This document shows positions 38,429 through 48,495 of a DNA stretch of 64,000 nt, piece by piece. The stretch is from Hyphomicrobiales bacterium. GTDB taxonomy: Bacteria > Pseudomonadota > Alphaproteobacteria > Rhizobiales > Beijerinckiaceae. The position numbers and the translations under genes are program-made. The notes under the pieces were generated by a model. The model worked only from the letters and a program-made list of their open reading frames with translations, did no database searches and was not told the DNA's origin. Within the stretch, counting starts at the first letter, position 1. The number at the start of each line of letters is the position of its first letter. Location of the stretch: NCBI GenBank assembly GCA_028290405.1, contig JAQGJX010000089.1, forward strand, positions 12-64,011, read 5' to 3'.

Positions 38429-40354
38429 ATGTCCGACTCCATCGATACGAACCTTGAGGCGCCGGAACGTCCTCCAGCCCGCTTCTTTTCGCGCCGCGCC
38501 ATGCGCAGCCCGCAGGAAGCCCTGCATCCGGACGCCGCGCCCCCGCCGCCGCCGCCCGAGCCGCCGAAGCGTCGGCGCCGTGGCGGCCTCAGCTCGTTCA
38601 GCGGCTTCCTGTCCTTGCTGATGCTGCTCGCGCTCGCCGCCGCCGGCGTGCTCGTCGCCAGCCAGCGCCAGCTCGACGCGCCGGGCCCGCTGAACGCGGA
38701 CCGGGTGGTGTTCATCGCGCCGCGCACCGAGGTGGTCGATATCATCGACCAATTGGGGCAGGCGGGCGTCATCGACCGTCCGACGCTGCTCAAGGCGGCC
38801 CTGTGGGCGGAGGGGCGCTGGTCCAGCGTGAAAGCGGGCGAGTACCTGTTCAAGAAGGAAGCGAGCCTGCGCGACGTGATGGACACGCTCGTGTCCGGCC
38901 GGCAGCTTCTGCATTCCGTGACCATCCCCGAAGGCCTCACCAGCGAGCAGATCGTCCAGCGGCTCATGGAAGTGGACGTACTGACGGGGGACGTGCGCGA
39001 GCAGCCCCGGGAAGGCTCGATCCTGCCGGAGACCTACCGGGTGCCGCGCGGCATGACGCGCAACGAACTCATCCGCAAGATGCAGCAGGACCAGAACAAG
39101 GTCGTGGACCAGATCTGGGCGCGGCGCGCGCCAAACTTGCCGATCCACTCCAAGTTCGAGCTGGTGACGCTGGCGTCCATCGTGGAGAAGGAGACGGGCC
39201 GGGCGGACGAACGCACCCGCGTCGCCTCCGTGTTCCAGAACCGGCTGAACCGCCGCATGCGCCTGCAATCGGATCCGACGATCGTCTACGGCATCGTGGG
39301 CGGCAAGGGCACGCTGGGCCGCCCGATCCAGCGCGCGGAAATCACCAAGCCCTCCCCGTACAACACTTACGTGATCGAGGGCCTGCCGCCGGGCCCCATC
39401 GCCAACCCGGGCCGCGCCGCCCTGGAGGCGGTGGCCAACCCCTCGCGCACGAAGGACCTTTATTTCGTGGCCGACGGCACGGGCGGGCACGTCTTCGCCG
39501 AAAACCTCGAACAGCATAACCGCAACGTCGCCCGCTGGCGGGAGATCGAGCGCGACGCCAAGGCGAAGGCCGCCACGGGGGCGGGCGGCGCCCCGGCGGC
39601 CGGAGACGTGGACCGCGCCGCGCCGCTTGACGACCTGACGCCCGCGCCCGCTCCCTCGCCGGTCGCCGACCCTGCGCGCAAGCCTCCGCAGCGCCGCGGC
39701 GACCTGCTGACCGACCCGGTGTATGGCGGCTTGCCGCGGCTCGACGTCGTCGCCGCCCCGGGGTCTCTCGCGACCCTTAGCCCGCTGGGCGCAGATCCGC
39801 TGCCGGACCTCGCCCTTGACGAGGCCCCCGGCGCAAAGCTGGACGCCAAGGCGCGCAAAGCCCTCAAGCGCGAGACCCCCGAACGGGCGCGCGACAAGGC
39901 CGCGCAGGCCATCGCGGTCGCGCTCGCAAAGCCCGCGCCCCCCAGCCTGCGCCCGCCTGCGGGCGTCACGGCGTTCGCCTCCTTCAAGTTCGGGCCTACG
40001 GTCGATCAGCTCGGCCTCGAATTCCGCCCGCCCGGCGAGGCCCGTCCGAACCTGCTCGACGGTCCGGTGGACATGGCGGACGCGTCCGAACCGGCGGTGG
40101 ACCTCTCGGTGGTTCCGGTTTCCGACAAGCGCCGGGCCGAGATGGCCGCCAAGGCGGCGAAGTTCGGCTCCGCGCTCTCGCCCGAGCCGCTCCCGGCTGA
40201 GTTGCAGCGCCGCGTCATGTCGGCCTCCGCCGTCACCGAGGCCGCGCCCGGGCGCCGCGTCATCCTGGACGCCTCAGAGGGGACGGAGCGCGACCCCCTG
40301 CTGAGCAAGAACTGGGATCTCAACGCCGCGCAGGTCATTCCCGCGTTCCGCTAG
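38429..40354 (+). CDS. mltG: Endolytic transglycosylase MltG with a long C-terminal extension
   Basis: TM anchor, VTIPEGLT, LASIVEKET, MRLQSDPT, SPYNTYVIEGLPPGPIANPG and LYFVADGTGGHVFA, then about 270 extra residues. Confidence 0.93.
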   Translation: MSDSIDTNLEAPERPPARFFSRRAMRSPQEALHPDAAPPPPPPEPPKRRRRGGLSSFSGFLSLLMLLALAAAGVLVASQRQLDAPGPLNADRVVFIAPRTEVVDIIDQLGQAGVIDRPTLLKAALWAEGRWSSVKAGEYLFKKEASLRDVMDTLVSGRQLLHSVTIPEGLTSEQIVQRLMEVDVLTGDVREQPREGSILPETYRVPRGMTRNELIRKMQQDQNKVVDQIWARRAPNLPIHSKFELVTLASIVEKETGRADERTRVASVFQNRLNRRMRLQSDPTIVYGIVGGKGTLGRPIQRAEITKPSPYNTYVIEGLPPGPIANPGRAALEAVANPSRTKDLYFVADGTGGHVFAENLEQHNRNVARWREIERDAKAKAATGAGGAPAAGDVDRAAPLDDLTPAPAPSPVADPARKPPQRRGDLLTDPVYGGLPRLDVVAAPGSLATLSPLGADPLPDLALDEAPGAKLDAKARKALKRETPERARDKAAQAIAVALAKPAPPSLRPPAGVTAFASFKFGPTVDQLGLEFRPPGEARPNLLDGPVDMADASEPAVDLSVVPVSDKRRAEMAAKAAKFGSALSPEPLPAELQRRVMSASAVTEAAPGRRVILDASEGTERDPLLSKNWDLNAAQVIPAFR

Positions 40355-40409
40355 CGCATCGTCCCGCCCATTTTCACGAAAATCTGCGCTCCCTTCCGCC
40401 GCGTGAGGA

Positions 40410-40438
40410 TTGAGCGCTTCGCGCCCGCGACCTATGGT
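40410..40438 (+). promoter_or_regulatory. Sigma70-like promoter of yicC-gmk (TTGAGC-N17-TATGGT)
   Basis: Read directly from the sequence. Confidence 0.5.
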
Positions 40439-40519
40439 GCGCGCCCCGGCGCCGCGCGCGCCGTCGCATGATTCCATCTGGAGCGGCATAGGCAGCATGA
40501 GCAGCACGGGCGCACTGGC

Positions 40520-41407
40520 ATGACCCTGCACAGCATGACGGGCTTCGCCCGCTCGCAGGCCGTCGCGGCCCCGTGGCGGCTTGCGTGGGAAATCAAGACC
40601 GTGAACGCCAAGGGCCTCGACCTGCGGCTGCGCGTGCCCGCGGGCTTCGATTCCATCGAGCAGGAGGTGCGCGCGCGCCTGTCCGGCCGGCTCACGCGCG
40701 GCGCCTGCTACGCCACCCTGACGGCCCAGCGCGACGCTGGCGCGCCGGACGTGCGCGTGAACGAGGCGGCGCTGGCCGCCCTGCGCGCCGCCATCGCCCG
40801 CGTGCCGCTCGACGCCAATCTCCAGCCCGCCTCCCTCGACGGACTGCTGAGCGTGCGCGGCGTGATCGAGGTGGTGGACAGCGTCGACGACGAGGACACG
40901 ATGGCGCGGGTGTTCGCCGCCGCTCTCGCGAGCCTCGACGAGGCGACGACGGCGCTTGTGGCGATGCGGGCCAGCGAGGGCGCCGCGCTCGCGGAGGTGC
41001 TGACCCGTCGCCTCGACACCTTGGCCCATCTGGCCGAAGCCGCCGACGCGTGCCCCGGCCGCAAGCCGGAGGCCGTGCGCGAACGCCTTGCGCAATCCAT
41101 CGCCACGCTCGCCGCCGCCTCAAGCGCGCTCGATCCCGTGCGCCTGCATCAGGAAGCGATCCTCATCGCCGCCAAGGCCGACATCCGCGAGGAGCTGGAC
41201 CGGCTGAAGGCCCACGTGGCGGCCGCGCGCGAGCTGGTCGCGTCCGGCAAGCCCGTCGGCCGCCGGCTCGATTTCCTCGCCCAGGAGCTGGGGCGCGAAT
41301 CCAACACCCTGTGCGCGAAATCGAACGACGCGGAACTGACCCGCATCGGGATGGAGCTGCGCGTCGAAGTCGAGCAATTCCGCGAGCAGGTCCAGAACAT
41401 CGAATGA
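40520..41407 (+). CDS. yicC: YicC/YloC family endoribonuclease
   Basis: SMTGFAR, EIKTVNAKGLD, DIREELDRL and GRRLDFLAQELGRESNTLCAKS. Confidence 0.93.
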   Translation: MTLHSMTGFARSQAVAAPWRLAWEIKTVNAKGLDLRLRVPAGFDSIEQEVRARLSGRLTRGACYATLTAQRDAGAPDVRVNEAALAALRAAIARVPLDANLQPASLDGLLSVRGVIEVVDSVDDEDTMARVFAAALASLDEATTALVAMRASEGAALAEVLTRRLDTLAHLAEAADACPGRKPEAVRERLAQSIATLAAASSALDPVRLHQEAILIAAKADIREELDRLKAHVAAARELVASGKPVGRRLDFLAQELGRESNTLCAKSNDAELTRIGMELRVEVEQFREQVQNIE

Positions 41408-41417
41408 CGAGCGCCGC

Positions 41418-42092
41418 ATGACCGAACCCAACGCCGCCCCCAGCGAAAGCCCGGACTCCATCCGGCGTCGCGGCTTCATGCTCATCCTGTCCTCCCCCTC
41501 GGGGGCGGGCAAGAGCACGCTCACCCGCGCGCTGTTGCAGGATCGCGAGCTGGATCTCACCCTGTCGATCTCGGTGACCACGCGGCCCCGGCGCAGCAGC
41601 GAGTTCGAGGGCATCCACTACAATTTCGTGACCCGGCAGGATTTCGAAAAGCTGCGCGCCCATGACGACCTGCTGGAATGGGCCGAGGTCCACGGCAATT
41701 ACTACGGCACCCCGCGCGGGCCGGTGGAGCAGGTGCTGGCCAGCGGCCGCGACATGCTGTTCGACATCGACTACCAGGGCACCCAGAAGGTGCGGGCGAA
41801 AGCCGCGTCCGACACGGTGACGATCTTCATCCTGCCGCCCTCCATGCGCGAATTGCGCTCGCGGCTGGAGCGCCGGGCGGAGGACGCCCCGGAGGTGATC
41901 GCCAAGCGGCTCGAGAACTCGCGCAACGAGATCGCCCGCTGGACGATGTACGATTACGTCATCGTCAACGAGGACGTGCAGCAGGCGCTGGTGGAGGTGA
42001 AATCCATCCTCGTGGCCGAACGCCTCAAGCGCTCGCGCAGCGAGACGGGCATCGCGGATTTCGTCGCAAAGCTGCTGGACGAGCCGTTCTAG
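41418..42092 (+). CDS. gmk: Guanylate kinase
   Basis: SSPSGAGKST, SVTTRPRR, EWAEVHGNYYGTP and IFILPPS. Confidence 0.96.
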   Translation: MTEPNAAPSESPDSIRRRGFMLILSSPSGAGKSTLTRALLQDRELDLTLSISVTTRPRRSSEFEGIHYNFVTRQDFEKLRAHDDLLEWAEVHGNYYGTPRGPVEQVLASGRDMLFDIDYQGTQKVRAKAASDTVTIFILPPSMRELRSRLERRAEDAPEVIAKRLENSRNEIARWTMYDYVIVNEDVQQALVEVKSILVAERLKRSRSETGIADFVAKLLDEPF

Positions 42093-42099
42093 CGCCGGT

Positions 42100-42741
42100 T
42101 CAGGTTTCGATCGAAACCCGGTCCTCGCCCAGCACCCTGGCGCCCTCGGCGGTCAGATAGAGCTTCAGGCCCGTGAGCTTGCGCAACCGCGCCGCGATGC
42201 GCGTCAACTCGGCCTTTCCGGAGTCGTCCAGCTCCGGGCTGGTGCGCACCAGCCGAAAGAGCGCGATGCTGGGCAGGTCTTCGCGCTCGGGCGCGCCGCC
42301 CGGCTCCTCGTCTTCCAGCAACCGGCCGATCTGGCGGTCGTCCAGCATCGGCGTGAGCCGTCCGCTTTTGGCGAGGCTTTGCAACTGCGCGCGGTTCAGG
42401 TCGGTGAGTTGATAGATGGCGTTGTAGCGCGGAGGCAGGCAGGCGGCCACGTCGCGAAAGTTCTGGTACTTGCCGCCGATAACCAGCAGTTTCTTCTGGA
42501 TGGCCGCCGAGATGATGCGCTCGTCGTGAAGCTGCCGGGACAATTCGGTCCAGTGCTGGCGGTCCTGCGCGTTAAGGGCCGCGCGGGCTTCGTGAAGGTC
42601 CTTGGACACGCGCAGAATGCCCTCGGCGGCGGCCTTCCAGGACGCGGCGATCTTCAGCTTCCAGCGCGTGACGTCGGACCGCGCCTCCGCCTCGATCTCG
42701 CCGGGCGCAAAAAGCTCGAGCGTGAGTTCGCTGCCCGCCAT
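42100..42741 (-). CDS. Hypothetical protein resembling phage-associated DUF3102-type helical domains
   Basis: Start MAGSEL at 42741 (GGGGA RBS). Pattern IAASWKAAAEGILRVSKDLHEARAAL...LPPRYNAIYQLTDL...GRLTPM; resemblance judged from memory only. Confidence 0.6.
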   Translation of the reverse strand: MAGSELTLELFAPGEIEAEARSDVTRWKLKIAASWKAAAEGILRVSKDLHEARAALNAQDRQHWTELSRQLHDERIISAAIQKKLLVIGGKYQNFRDVAACLPPRYNAIYQLTDLNRAQLQSLAKSGRLTPMLDDRQIGRLLEDEEPGGAPEREDLPSIALFRLVRTSPELDDSGKAELTRIAARLRKLTGLKLYLTAEGARVLGEDRVSIET

Positions 42742-42927
42742 GCTGTCCCCGATACTAACTAACAGCCTGCTTATATCGCCCTCCCGCCCCGGGGCGAAAG
42801 CCTGCATCGGGGCGTGGACGATGATTTCGTTGGACGATTTGGGGAAAGTTGGGGCTTTTTGCTGCGCGGGCGCCTGTAAACAACGAATGTGTACTCGTTC
42901 AGCTTCGCCCCGGCCGCGCGCGCCTCT

Positions 42928-43806
42928 TCAGGAAGACGCGTCGCTGAAGGCCTGCGCCAGCGCCACGAAGCCCGGCACATCGATCTCCTCGGCGCGGGCC
43001 GTAGGCGTGAGGCCGGCGGCGTCGAGCAGCGTCGCCGGATCGACCCCGAGCCCCTTGAGGGATTGTCGCAGCATCTTCCGGCGCTGGCCGAAGGCGGCCT
43101 GCGTCACGCGCGCGAGGGCGCGCCGGTCGCAGGGCAGGGGCGCCGCGCGGGGAATGAGCTCGACGACGGAGGACGTGACTTTCGGCGGCGGCGTGAACGC
43201 CTCGGGCGCCACGTCGAACAGGATGCGCGCCTGAGTCAGCCATCCGCACAGGACGCCCAGGCGCCCATAGTCCGCGCGCGTCGCGGGCGTCGCCACGATG
43301 CGCTCGGCGACTTCGCGCTGGAACATCAGCACCAGCCTGTCCCAGAACGGCGGCCAGCCGCCGGTCTCAAGCCACCCGGTCAACAGCGGCGTGGCGATGT
43401 TGTAGGGCAGGTTGGCCACGATCCGCACGGGCCCGCCCGCGCCATGCTCCTGCGCCAGCGCGACGTAGTCGGTCTCCAGCGCGTCGCCCGCCACCACGTG
43501 CAGCCGGCCGGGACACGCAGCCGCGATCTCCGCCAGCGCCGCGAGGCATCGCTCGTCGCGCTCGATGGCCACGACCTTGCGGACGCCCGCCGCGAGCAGC
43601 GCCCGCGTCAGCCCGCCAGGACCCGGCCCCACCTCGATGACCGTGACGCCCGCCAGCGGGCCCGCGGCCCGGGCGATGCGGCCCGTGAGGTTCAAATCAA
43701 AAAGGAAGTTCTGCCCCAGCGCTTTCTTTGGCATGAGATCGTGCTGGCGCACGACCTCGCGCAGCGGCGGCAGGGCGTCGAGAGCGTCCGTATCGGATGA
43801 ACTCAC
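42928..43806 (-). CDS. rsmA: 16S rRNA dimethyladenosine transferase KsgA/RsmA
   Basis: [35 protein letters not shown] and [10 protein letters not shown]. Confidence 0.96.
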   Translation of the reverse strand: MSSSDTDALDALPPLREVVRQHDLMPKKALGQNFLFDLNLTGRIARAAGPLAGVTVIEVGPGPGGLTRALLAAGVRKVVAIERDERCLAALAEIAAACPGRLHVVAGDALETDYVALAQEHGAGGPVRIVANLPYNIATPLLTGWLETGGWPPFWDRLVLMFQREVAERIVATPATRADYGRLGVLCGWLTQARILFDVAPEAFTPPPKVTSSVVELIPRAAPLPCDRRALARVTQAAFGQRRKMLRQSLKGLGVDPATLLDAAGLTPTARAEEIDVPGFVALAQAFSDASS

Positions 43807-44840
43807 GCGCCCGCGTCCGCGTTCGCCAGCCGCGCCGCGAGATGCAACGCCGCGATGAGGCTCGCGGGATCGGCCTTGCCGGAGCCGGCGATGTCATAGG
43901 CCGTGCCATGGTCCGGCGAGGTGCGGATGAAGGGCAGGCCCAGCGTCACGTTGACGGCGCTGTCGAACGCCAGCGTCTTGATCGGGATGAGCGCCTGGTC
44001 GTGATACATGCAGATGGCGACGTCGTAGCGCGCCCGCGCGGCCGCATGGAACATGGTGTCGGCGGGCAGCGGGCCGCGCGCGAGGACGCCCTCGGCGGCG
44101 AGGCGCGCGACGGCGGGCGCTATGATGTCGATGTCTTCGCGGCCCATGCTGCCGTTCTCGCCCGCATGGGGGTTCAGCCCCGCGAACGCGAGGCGCGGCT
44201 GGGCGATCCCGAAGCGGCTCGCGAGGTCGCGCGCCACGATGCGCCCGGTCTCCACCAGCAGGTCTTCGGTGAGGTCGCTCAACACCCGCGAAAGCGCGAC
44301 GTGGATCGTGGCGGGCACGACGGCGAGCTGAGGCGACCACAGCAGCATGACGGGGCGCGCCTCGACGCCATAGTCGCGCAGCGCGAGTTCGCCGAGAAAC
44401 TCCGTATGGCCGGGGTGCTTGAAACCCGCCTTGTAGAGGTTGTCCTTCGAGATCGGATTCGTGACCAGCGCGTGCGCGCGGCCTTCGCGCACAAGCGACA
44501 CGCCCCGCTCGATCGCCTCGATGGTGGCGGCCGCGTCGGCGGGCGAGGGCGCGCCCGGGCGCCCGTCCACCTTGTTGGCCAGGGGCACGACGGGCAACGC
44601 GGCCGCGAACGCGCCCGCGGCGTCCTGCGGCCCCACGGCCGCGACGGGCGCGTTCAGCCCGATGCTGGCTGCGACGCGCCGCAGGTGGTCGGGATCGCCA
44701 AGCACGAAGAACGGACGGTCGCCGGGCGTGCGGCGCATCCACGCCATCAGGGCGATCTCGGGACCGATGCCCGAGGGGTCGCCCTGCGAGAGCGCCAGCG
44801 GAAGGTCGTGCGACCAGGGCGTCGGCGCGCGCGCGGTCAT
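43803..44840 (-). CDS. pdxA: 4-hydroxythreonine-4-phosphate dehydrogenase
   Basis: [35 protein letters not shown] and [14 protein letters not shown]. Confidence 0.96.
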   Translation of the reverse strand: MTARAPTPWSHDLPLALSQGDPSGIGPEIALMAWMRRTPGDRPFFVLGDPDHLRRVAASIGLNAPVAAVGPQDAAGAFAAALPVVPLANKVDGRPGAPSPADAAATIEAIERGVSLVREGRAHALVTNPISKDNLYKAGFKHPGHTEFLGELALRDYGVEARPVMLLWSPQLAVVPATIHVALSRVLSDLTEDLLVETGRIVARDLASRFGIAQPRLAFAGLNPHAGENGSMGREDIDIIAPAVARLAAEGVLARGPLPADTMFHAAARARYDVAICMYHDQALIPIKTLAFDSAVNVTLGLPFIRTSPDHGTAYDIAGSGKADPASLIAALHLAARLANADAGA

Positions 44841-44844
44841 GGGC

Positions 44845-45768
44845 TTACCGGCGAACGATCACGGCCCGCTTGCGCAGGGGCTGGTACAGCTTCTCGCCGT
44901 CGCCCTCAAGCTTCTTGGCGAGCAGGGACTGCCGGATTTCCTGCGCCGCGGCGCCGTCGCTGCCCTCTGCGCCCTTGCCGCAGATGGCGAGCATCTCAAC
45001 GCCCGTGGCGCCGCGCTGGGGCGGCGTGAGGCGTCCGACGGGCGTGCGCTCCAGCACGTTGGCGAGTTCGTCCGAGAGGCTCGCGGCGCTGCGCGACATC
45101 TGCTCCTTCACGGCGACGTCCTTCAGGGCGCGCGCAAGGCGCAGGCCGTTGTCGCAATCGGTGAAGCGGGTGCGCAGGCCCTCCGCCTCGCGCATGCGCG
45201 CCTCAAGAGCGCCCGCGCCGGCCGAGCGGGGCACCACCAGGATCACCTGGCGCATGCGGTACTCGTTGGTGTTCTTCTTGCCGCCGCGCTTGGTCAGTTC
45301 CTCGCGCACTTCGGTTTCGCTGACGCCCACGTTCTTGTTGAGCGCGCTCACCAGCCCGCGCCAGCCCACCTGCGCGCGCCCGTGCTCCTGCCAGTGCTTG
45401 GTGTCCACCTTGGCCGCCTGCATGGCGCCGCCCAGCGATTGCGGCGGGATCTTCTTTTCGGCCGCGATGCGGGCGATCTCGCCGGCGGCGTCCTGGTCGC
45501 TCGGCTTCAGGCCGTACTTGTTGATTTCCGAGAGCTTGAGGCGGTCCTCGACGATGCTTTCCAGCGCCGCGTCGCGGGACGCGTTCTGGCGCAGGACGCG
45601 CAGCAGCTTCATGCGCTGCTCAAGGTCGTAATTGGTCACCGGGCTGTCGTTGACCGTCGCCACGATGGCCTGCGCCCGCACGGGCGTGGGCTGCGCCGTG
45701 ACGGCGCCCACGGCGAGCAGGGCGCCGAGCGCGAGGGCGGCGGGATTGAAAACGCTTCTACCTGTCAC
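44845..45768 (-). CDS. surA: SurA-like periplasmic chaperone
   Basis: Signal peptide, IVATVNDSPVTNYDL SurA N-domain; conserved lptD-pdxA position. Confidence 0.82.
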   Translation of the reverse strand: MTGRSVFNPAALALGALLAVGAVTAQPTPVRAQAIVATVNDSPVTNYDLEQRMKLLRVLRQNASRDAALESIVEDRLKLSEINKYGLKPSDQDAAGEIARIAAEKKIPPQSLGGAMQAAKVDTKHWQEHGRAQVGWRGLVSALNKNVGVSETEVREELTKRGGKKNTNEYRMRQVILVVPRSAGAGALEARMREAEGLRTRFTDCDNGLRLARALKDVAVKEQMSRSAASLSDELANVLERTPVGRLTPPQRGATGVEMLAICGKGAEGSDGAAAQEIRQSLLAKKLEGDGEKLYQPLRKRAVIVRR

Positions 45769-45792
45769 GGCATCTTCTCCTGGGAGCGCTGG

Positions 45793-48495
45793 TCAGCGCG
45801 CCGAGCTGGCCGTCAAGCCATCCTGCACGCGGATTTCGCCAAGGCTGGAGCGCAGGCGCGTGTCGCCCAGCGTGCGCAACTGCAGCTGGAGGGTCAGGGT
45901 CTGGTTCCGAGTCTGCGAGTTCGCGTTATTGTTTTGCAGAATCGACGTATATTGTACAGCGACCGTCGTGCATTCGTCCGTGTATCCGGCGCCGATCCCA
46001 AGTCCTGCGACAGAGAACAGCGGGGCGCGCTTCAGCGGATCGCCGTTCACGGCCGTGTAGAGGTGCCGCGACATGTCGGTGATGACGTTGCCGGTCAGGA
46101 AGACGTTCTCGTTCACCTTGTACTTGGCGCTGGCCACGAAGCCTTCGCGGCGCTTGTCGTAGCCGATGAGCGGCTGCGCCTCGTACCGCGCATACTGGAG
46201 GGCCGCCTCCACGGTGCCGAAGTTGGCGTTCGCGATCAGGTCGAGGCGGCGCATCGAGAAGTCGGTGGGATCGAAGCGCCCCTTGGCGATGAAGCTGTAA
46301 GTCGAGTTCGGGGCGAACGCCGCGCGCGCCACATAGTCGGAACGGCGCGTGTCGAGGCCTGACCCAAGGCCGACGTTGGCCACGTCCGGGTTGGCGTAGG
46401 AGTTGGGTCCGAGCAACTGGGTGGACTGGCCGACCAAAAGGTTGGCGTAGCCGCCCTTGGCGAAGACGGCGCTATACTGCAGGCCCATGTTGGTGCGCGT
46501 GCCGCCCTCGAAACGGTCATAGCCGGAATACTTCGACCATTCGAACAGGTTGGTGTCGTCGAACACCAGGCTCTGCGCGTCCTCGTTGACCAGCGAGCGG
46601 TTGCGGGTGGTGGCGGGGCGCGAGATCACCTGCACGATGGGTTCGAGCACGTGCGTCACGTTGTGCGAATAGGCGATCAGCGGATAGCGGTATTCAAGGC
46701 CTACGCCCGGCGTGATCTGGCCCAGGAAATTCTGGTCGATGTTGCCGAAGAAGTTGCTCTGGTCGGCGTTGCGCAACACGGAGCAGGGCTGGCCGGGAAC
46801 GAGGGGGTCGCAACCCGGGGCGCCGAAGAACGCCGTCTGGTTGAAGTTCAGGTTCATCCACGCGCCGTTGACGTGCGCGAACGCGAACGGCGTCCACACC
46901 TGTCCGATCGGATCGATGAACTTGCGCTTCCACGAGAGGTTCGCGGTGGCGCGCGTGTAATTGCCGCCCATGCCGCGGATGAGGCAGGAGTCGCGGTTGT
47001 ACGTGCGCACGCCCGCCGTGGTCTCGCAGACGTCGTAGAGCTGGTAGGCGCGGTCGAGACGCCGTCCGCCGATGGCCTCGAAGGAGGCGAGTTCGCGGGC
47101 GATGTTGGTGAAGTTGAAGTCCACCTCCACCTGCCCGCCGATGCCGGCGGTGCGGCTGGGGGAGAGATCGAATGTCTTGTTGTAGTCGAGCAGCGGCGCC
47201 ACGAGAGGCTGCTGCGCCTCGAGGTCGGCGCTCGACAGGCCCTGGAACTTGTAGCCGCGCAGGTCGAAATAGCCCCGGTCCGCCTGGCCGGTCAGGTAGA
47301 CGGTGGAGATGGCTTCCTTGAAGTAGGTCGAGCTCAGCACCTGGCCGTTGAGCCGGTAGTCCTGCAGGAACCAGCGGTCGCTCAGCACCGTCACGTCCCA
47401 GCCAAGGCGCCACTTCTCGTTGATGTGGAACTGGCCGTTGCTCTCCAGCGAGCCGCGGAACCTCTGGTTGCCGGACCCGTACGGGGCGCCCAGGAAGGCG
47501 TCAGGGTCCTGCTGGAAAATGCCGGACGCGCGGACGTTGTAGGCGCCGTCCAGCAGCTTGTGCCGCCAGATCGCCGTCCCCAGCGCGCCCTGGCGCGAGA
47601 GGATCGTGGGCGTCACGGTGAGGTCGTAATTGGGCGACAGCGCCCAGTAGAGCGGCACCGAGGCGCCGACGCCCAGCTTGGAGTTCGCGATGTAGCGGGG
47701 GGCGAGCACGCCGCTCTTGCGCTTCACGGACGGGTCCGGCGACGAGAAGAACGGCAGCCAGGCGATGGGCATGCCCCAAAGCTCCAGCGTCGCGTCCTCG
47801 TAGTAGATCGTCTGTTCGGAGTTCTTGTGGATGATGCGCTTGGCGCGCACCCGCCACAGCGGCGGCTTGGTGGGGTCTTCCTTGCACGCCTCGCAGGCCG
47901 TGTACGTGCCGTTCTCAAAGACCGTCACGTCGCCCGCGATGCGCTCGGCCCGGCCGGCGCTGAAATAGGTCTTGTCGGCCGTCTCCGTGCGCAGGCTGTC
48001 GATGAAGCCTTCGCGGAAGTCGTCCGTCAGTTCGAAGCGCTCGGAATAGGCGACCGTGCCGTCCCGCTCGGTCATCTTGGCGCGGCCCTCGGCGAGGACG
48101 CGCTTGGTGGTCTGGTTATAGGTGACGCGGTCCGATTGCAGCGTGCGGCCCTGGTAATAGAGCTGCACGTTGCCCGAAGCCGAAATGGTGTTGGCGTCGC
48201 GATTGTAGACGAACTCGTCCGCGTCCACGAGCAGGCGGTCCTGCGCCTTCTCGCCCTGCGCCTGGGCGCCGCCCGGCTTGGCTTTTGCGGACCGGGTGAG
48301 ACGGTCCGTCAGCGTCTGCGCGCCGGCGGGCGCGGCGCTGAGCAGCGCGCCGGGGGACGAGGGCAGGAGCGGGGACAGGCAGAGGCTTGAGACGCTCAGC
48401 AGCAGCGAAGCGAGCAACGAACAGCGCACGGAGCCACGACGCCCGGACGCGATGTCCTTGCGCGACGTCGGGATGGGGGCTGTGAGGCGCCCCAT
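45793..48495 (-). CDS. lptD: LPS-assembly protein LptD
   Basis: OstA-like N-domain (LLVDADEFVYN), YTACEAC..PPLW, KRKSGVLAP, YDRFEGGTR and C-terminal YTDECT..LRTLG. Confidence 0.94.
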   Translation of the reverse strand: MGRLTAPIPTSRKDIASGRRGSVRCSLLASLLLSVSSLCLSPLLPSSPGALLSAAPAGAQTLTDRLTRSAKAKPGGAQAQGEKAQDRLLVDADEFVYNRDANTISASGNVQLYYQGRTLQSDRVTYNQTTKRVLAEGRAKMTERDGTVAYSERFELTDDFREGFIDSLRTETADKTYFSAGRAERIAGDVTVFENGTYTACEACKEDPTKPPLWRVRAKRIIHKNSEQTIYYEDATLELWGMPIAWLPFFSSPDPSVKRKSGVLAPRYIANSKLGVGASVPLYWALSPNYDLTVTPTILSRQGALGTAIWRHKLLDGAYNVRASGIFQQDPDAFLGAPYGSGNQRFRGSLESNGQFHINEKWRLGWDVTVLSDRWFLQDYRLNGQVLSSTYFKEAISTVYLTGQADRGYFDLRGYKFQGLSSADLEAQQPLVAPLLDYNKTFDLSPSRTAGIGGQVEVDFNFTNIARELASFEAIGGRRLDRAYQLYDVCETTAGVRTYNRDSCLIRGMGGNYTRATANLSWKRKFIDPIGQVWTPFAFAHVNGAWMNLNFNQTAFFGAPGCDPLVPGQPCSVLRNADQSNFFGNIDQNFLGQITPGVGLEYRYPLIAYSHNVTHVLEPIVQVISRPATTRNRSLVNEDAQSLVFDDTNLFEWSKYSGYDRFEGGTRTNMGLQYSAVFAKGGYANLLVGQSTQLLGPNSYANPDVANVGLGSGLDTRRSDYVARAAFAPNSTYSFIAKGRFDPTDFSMRRLDLIANANFGTVEAALQYARYEAQPLIGYDKRREGFVASAKYKVNENVFLTGNVITDMSRHLYTAVNGDPLKRAPLFSVAGLGIGAGYTDECTTVAVQYTSILQNNNANSQTRNQTLTLQLQLRTLGDTRLRSSLGEIRVQDGLTASSAR

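Noticed and set aside
46651-48390. 579-aa antisense ORF within lptD
   Set aside because: Antisense shadow ORF with no RBS or recognisable motifs.
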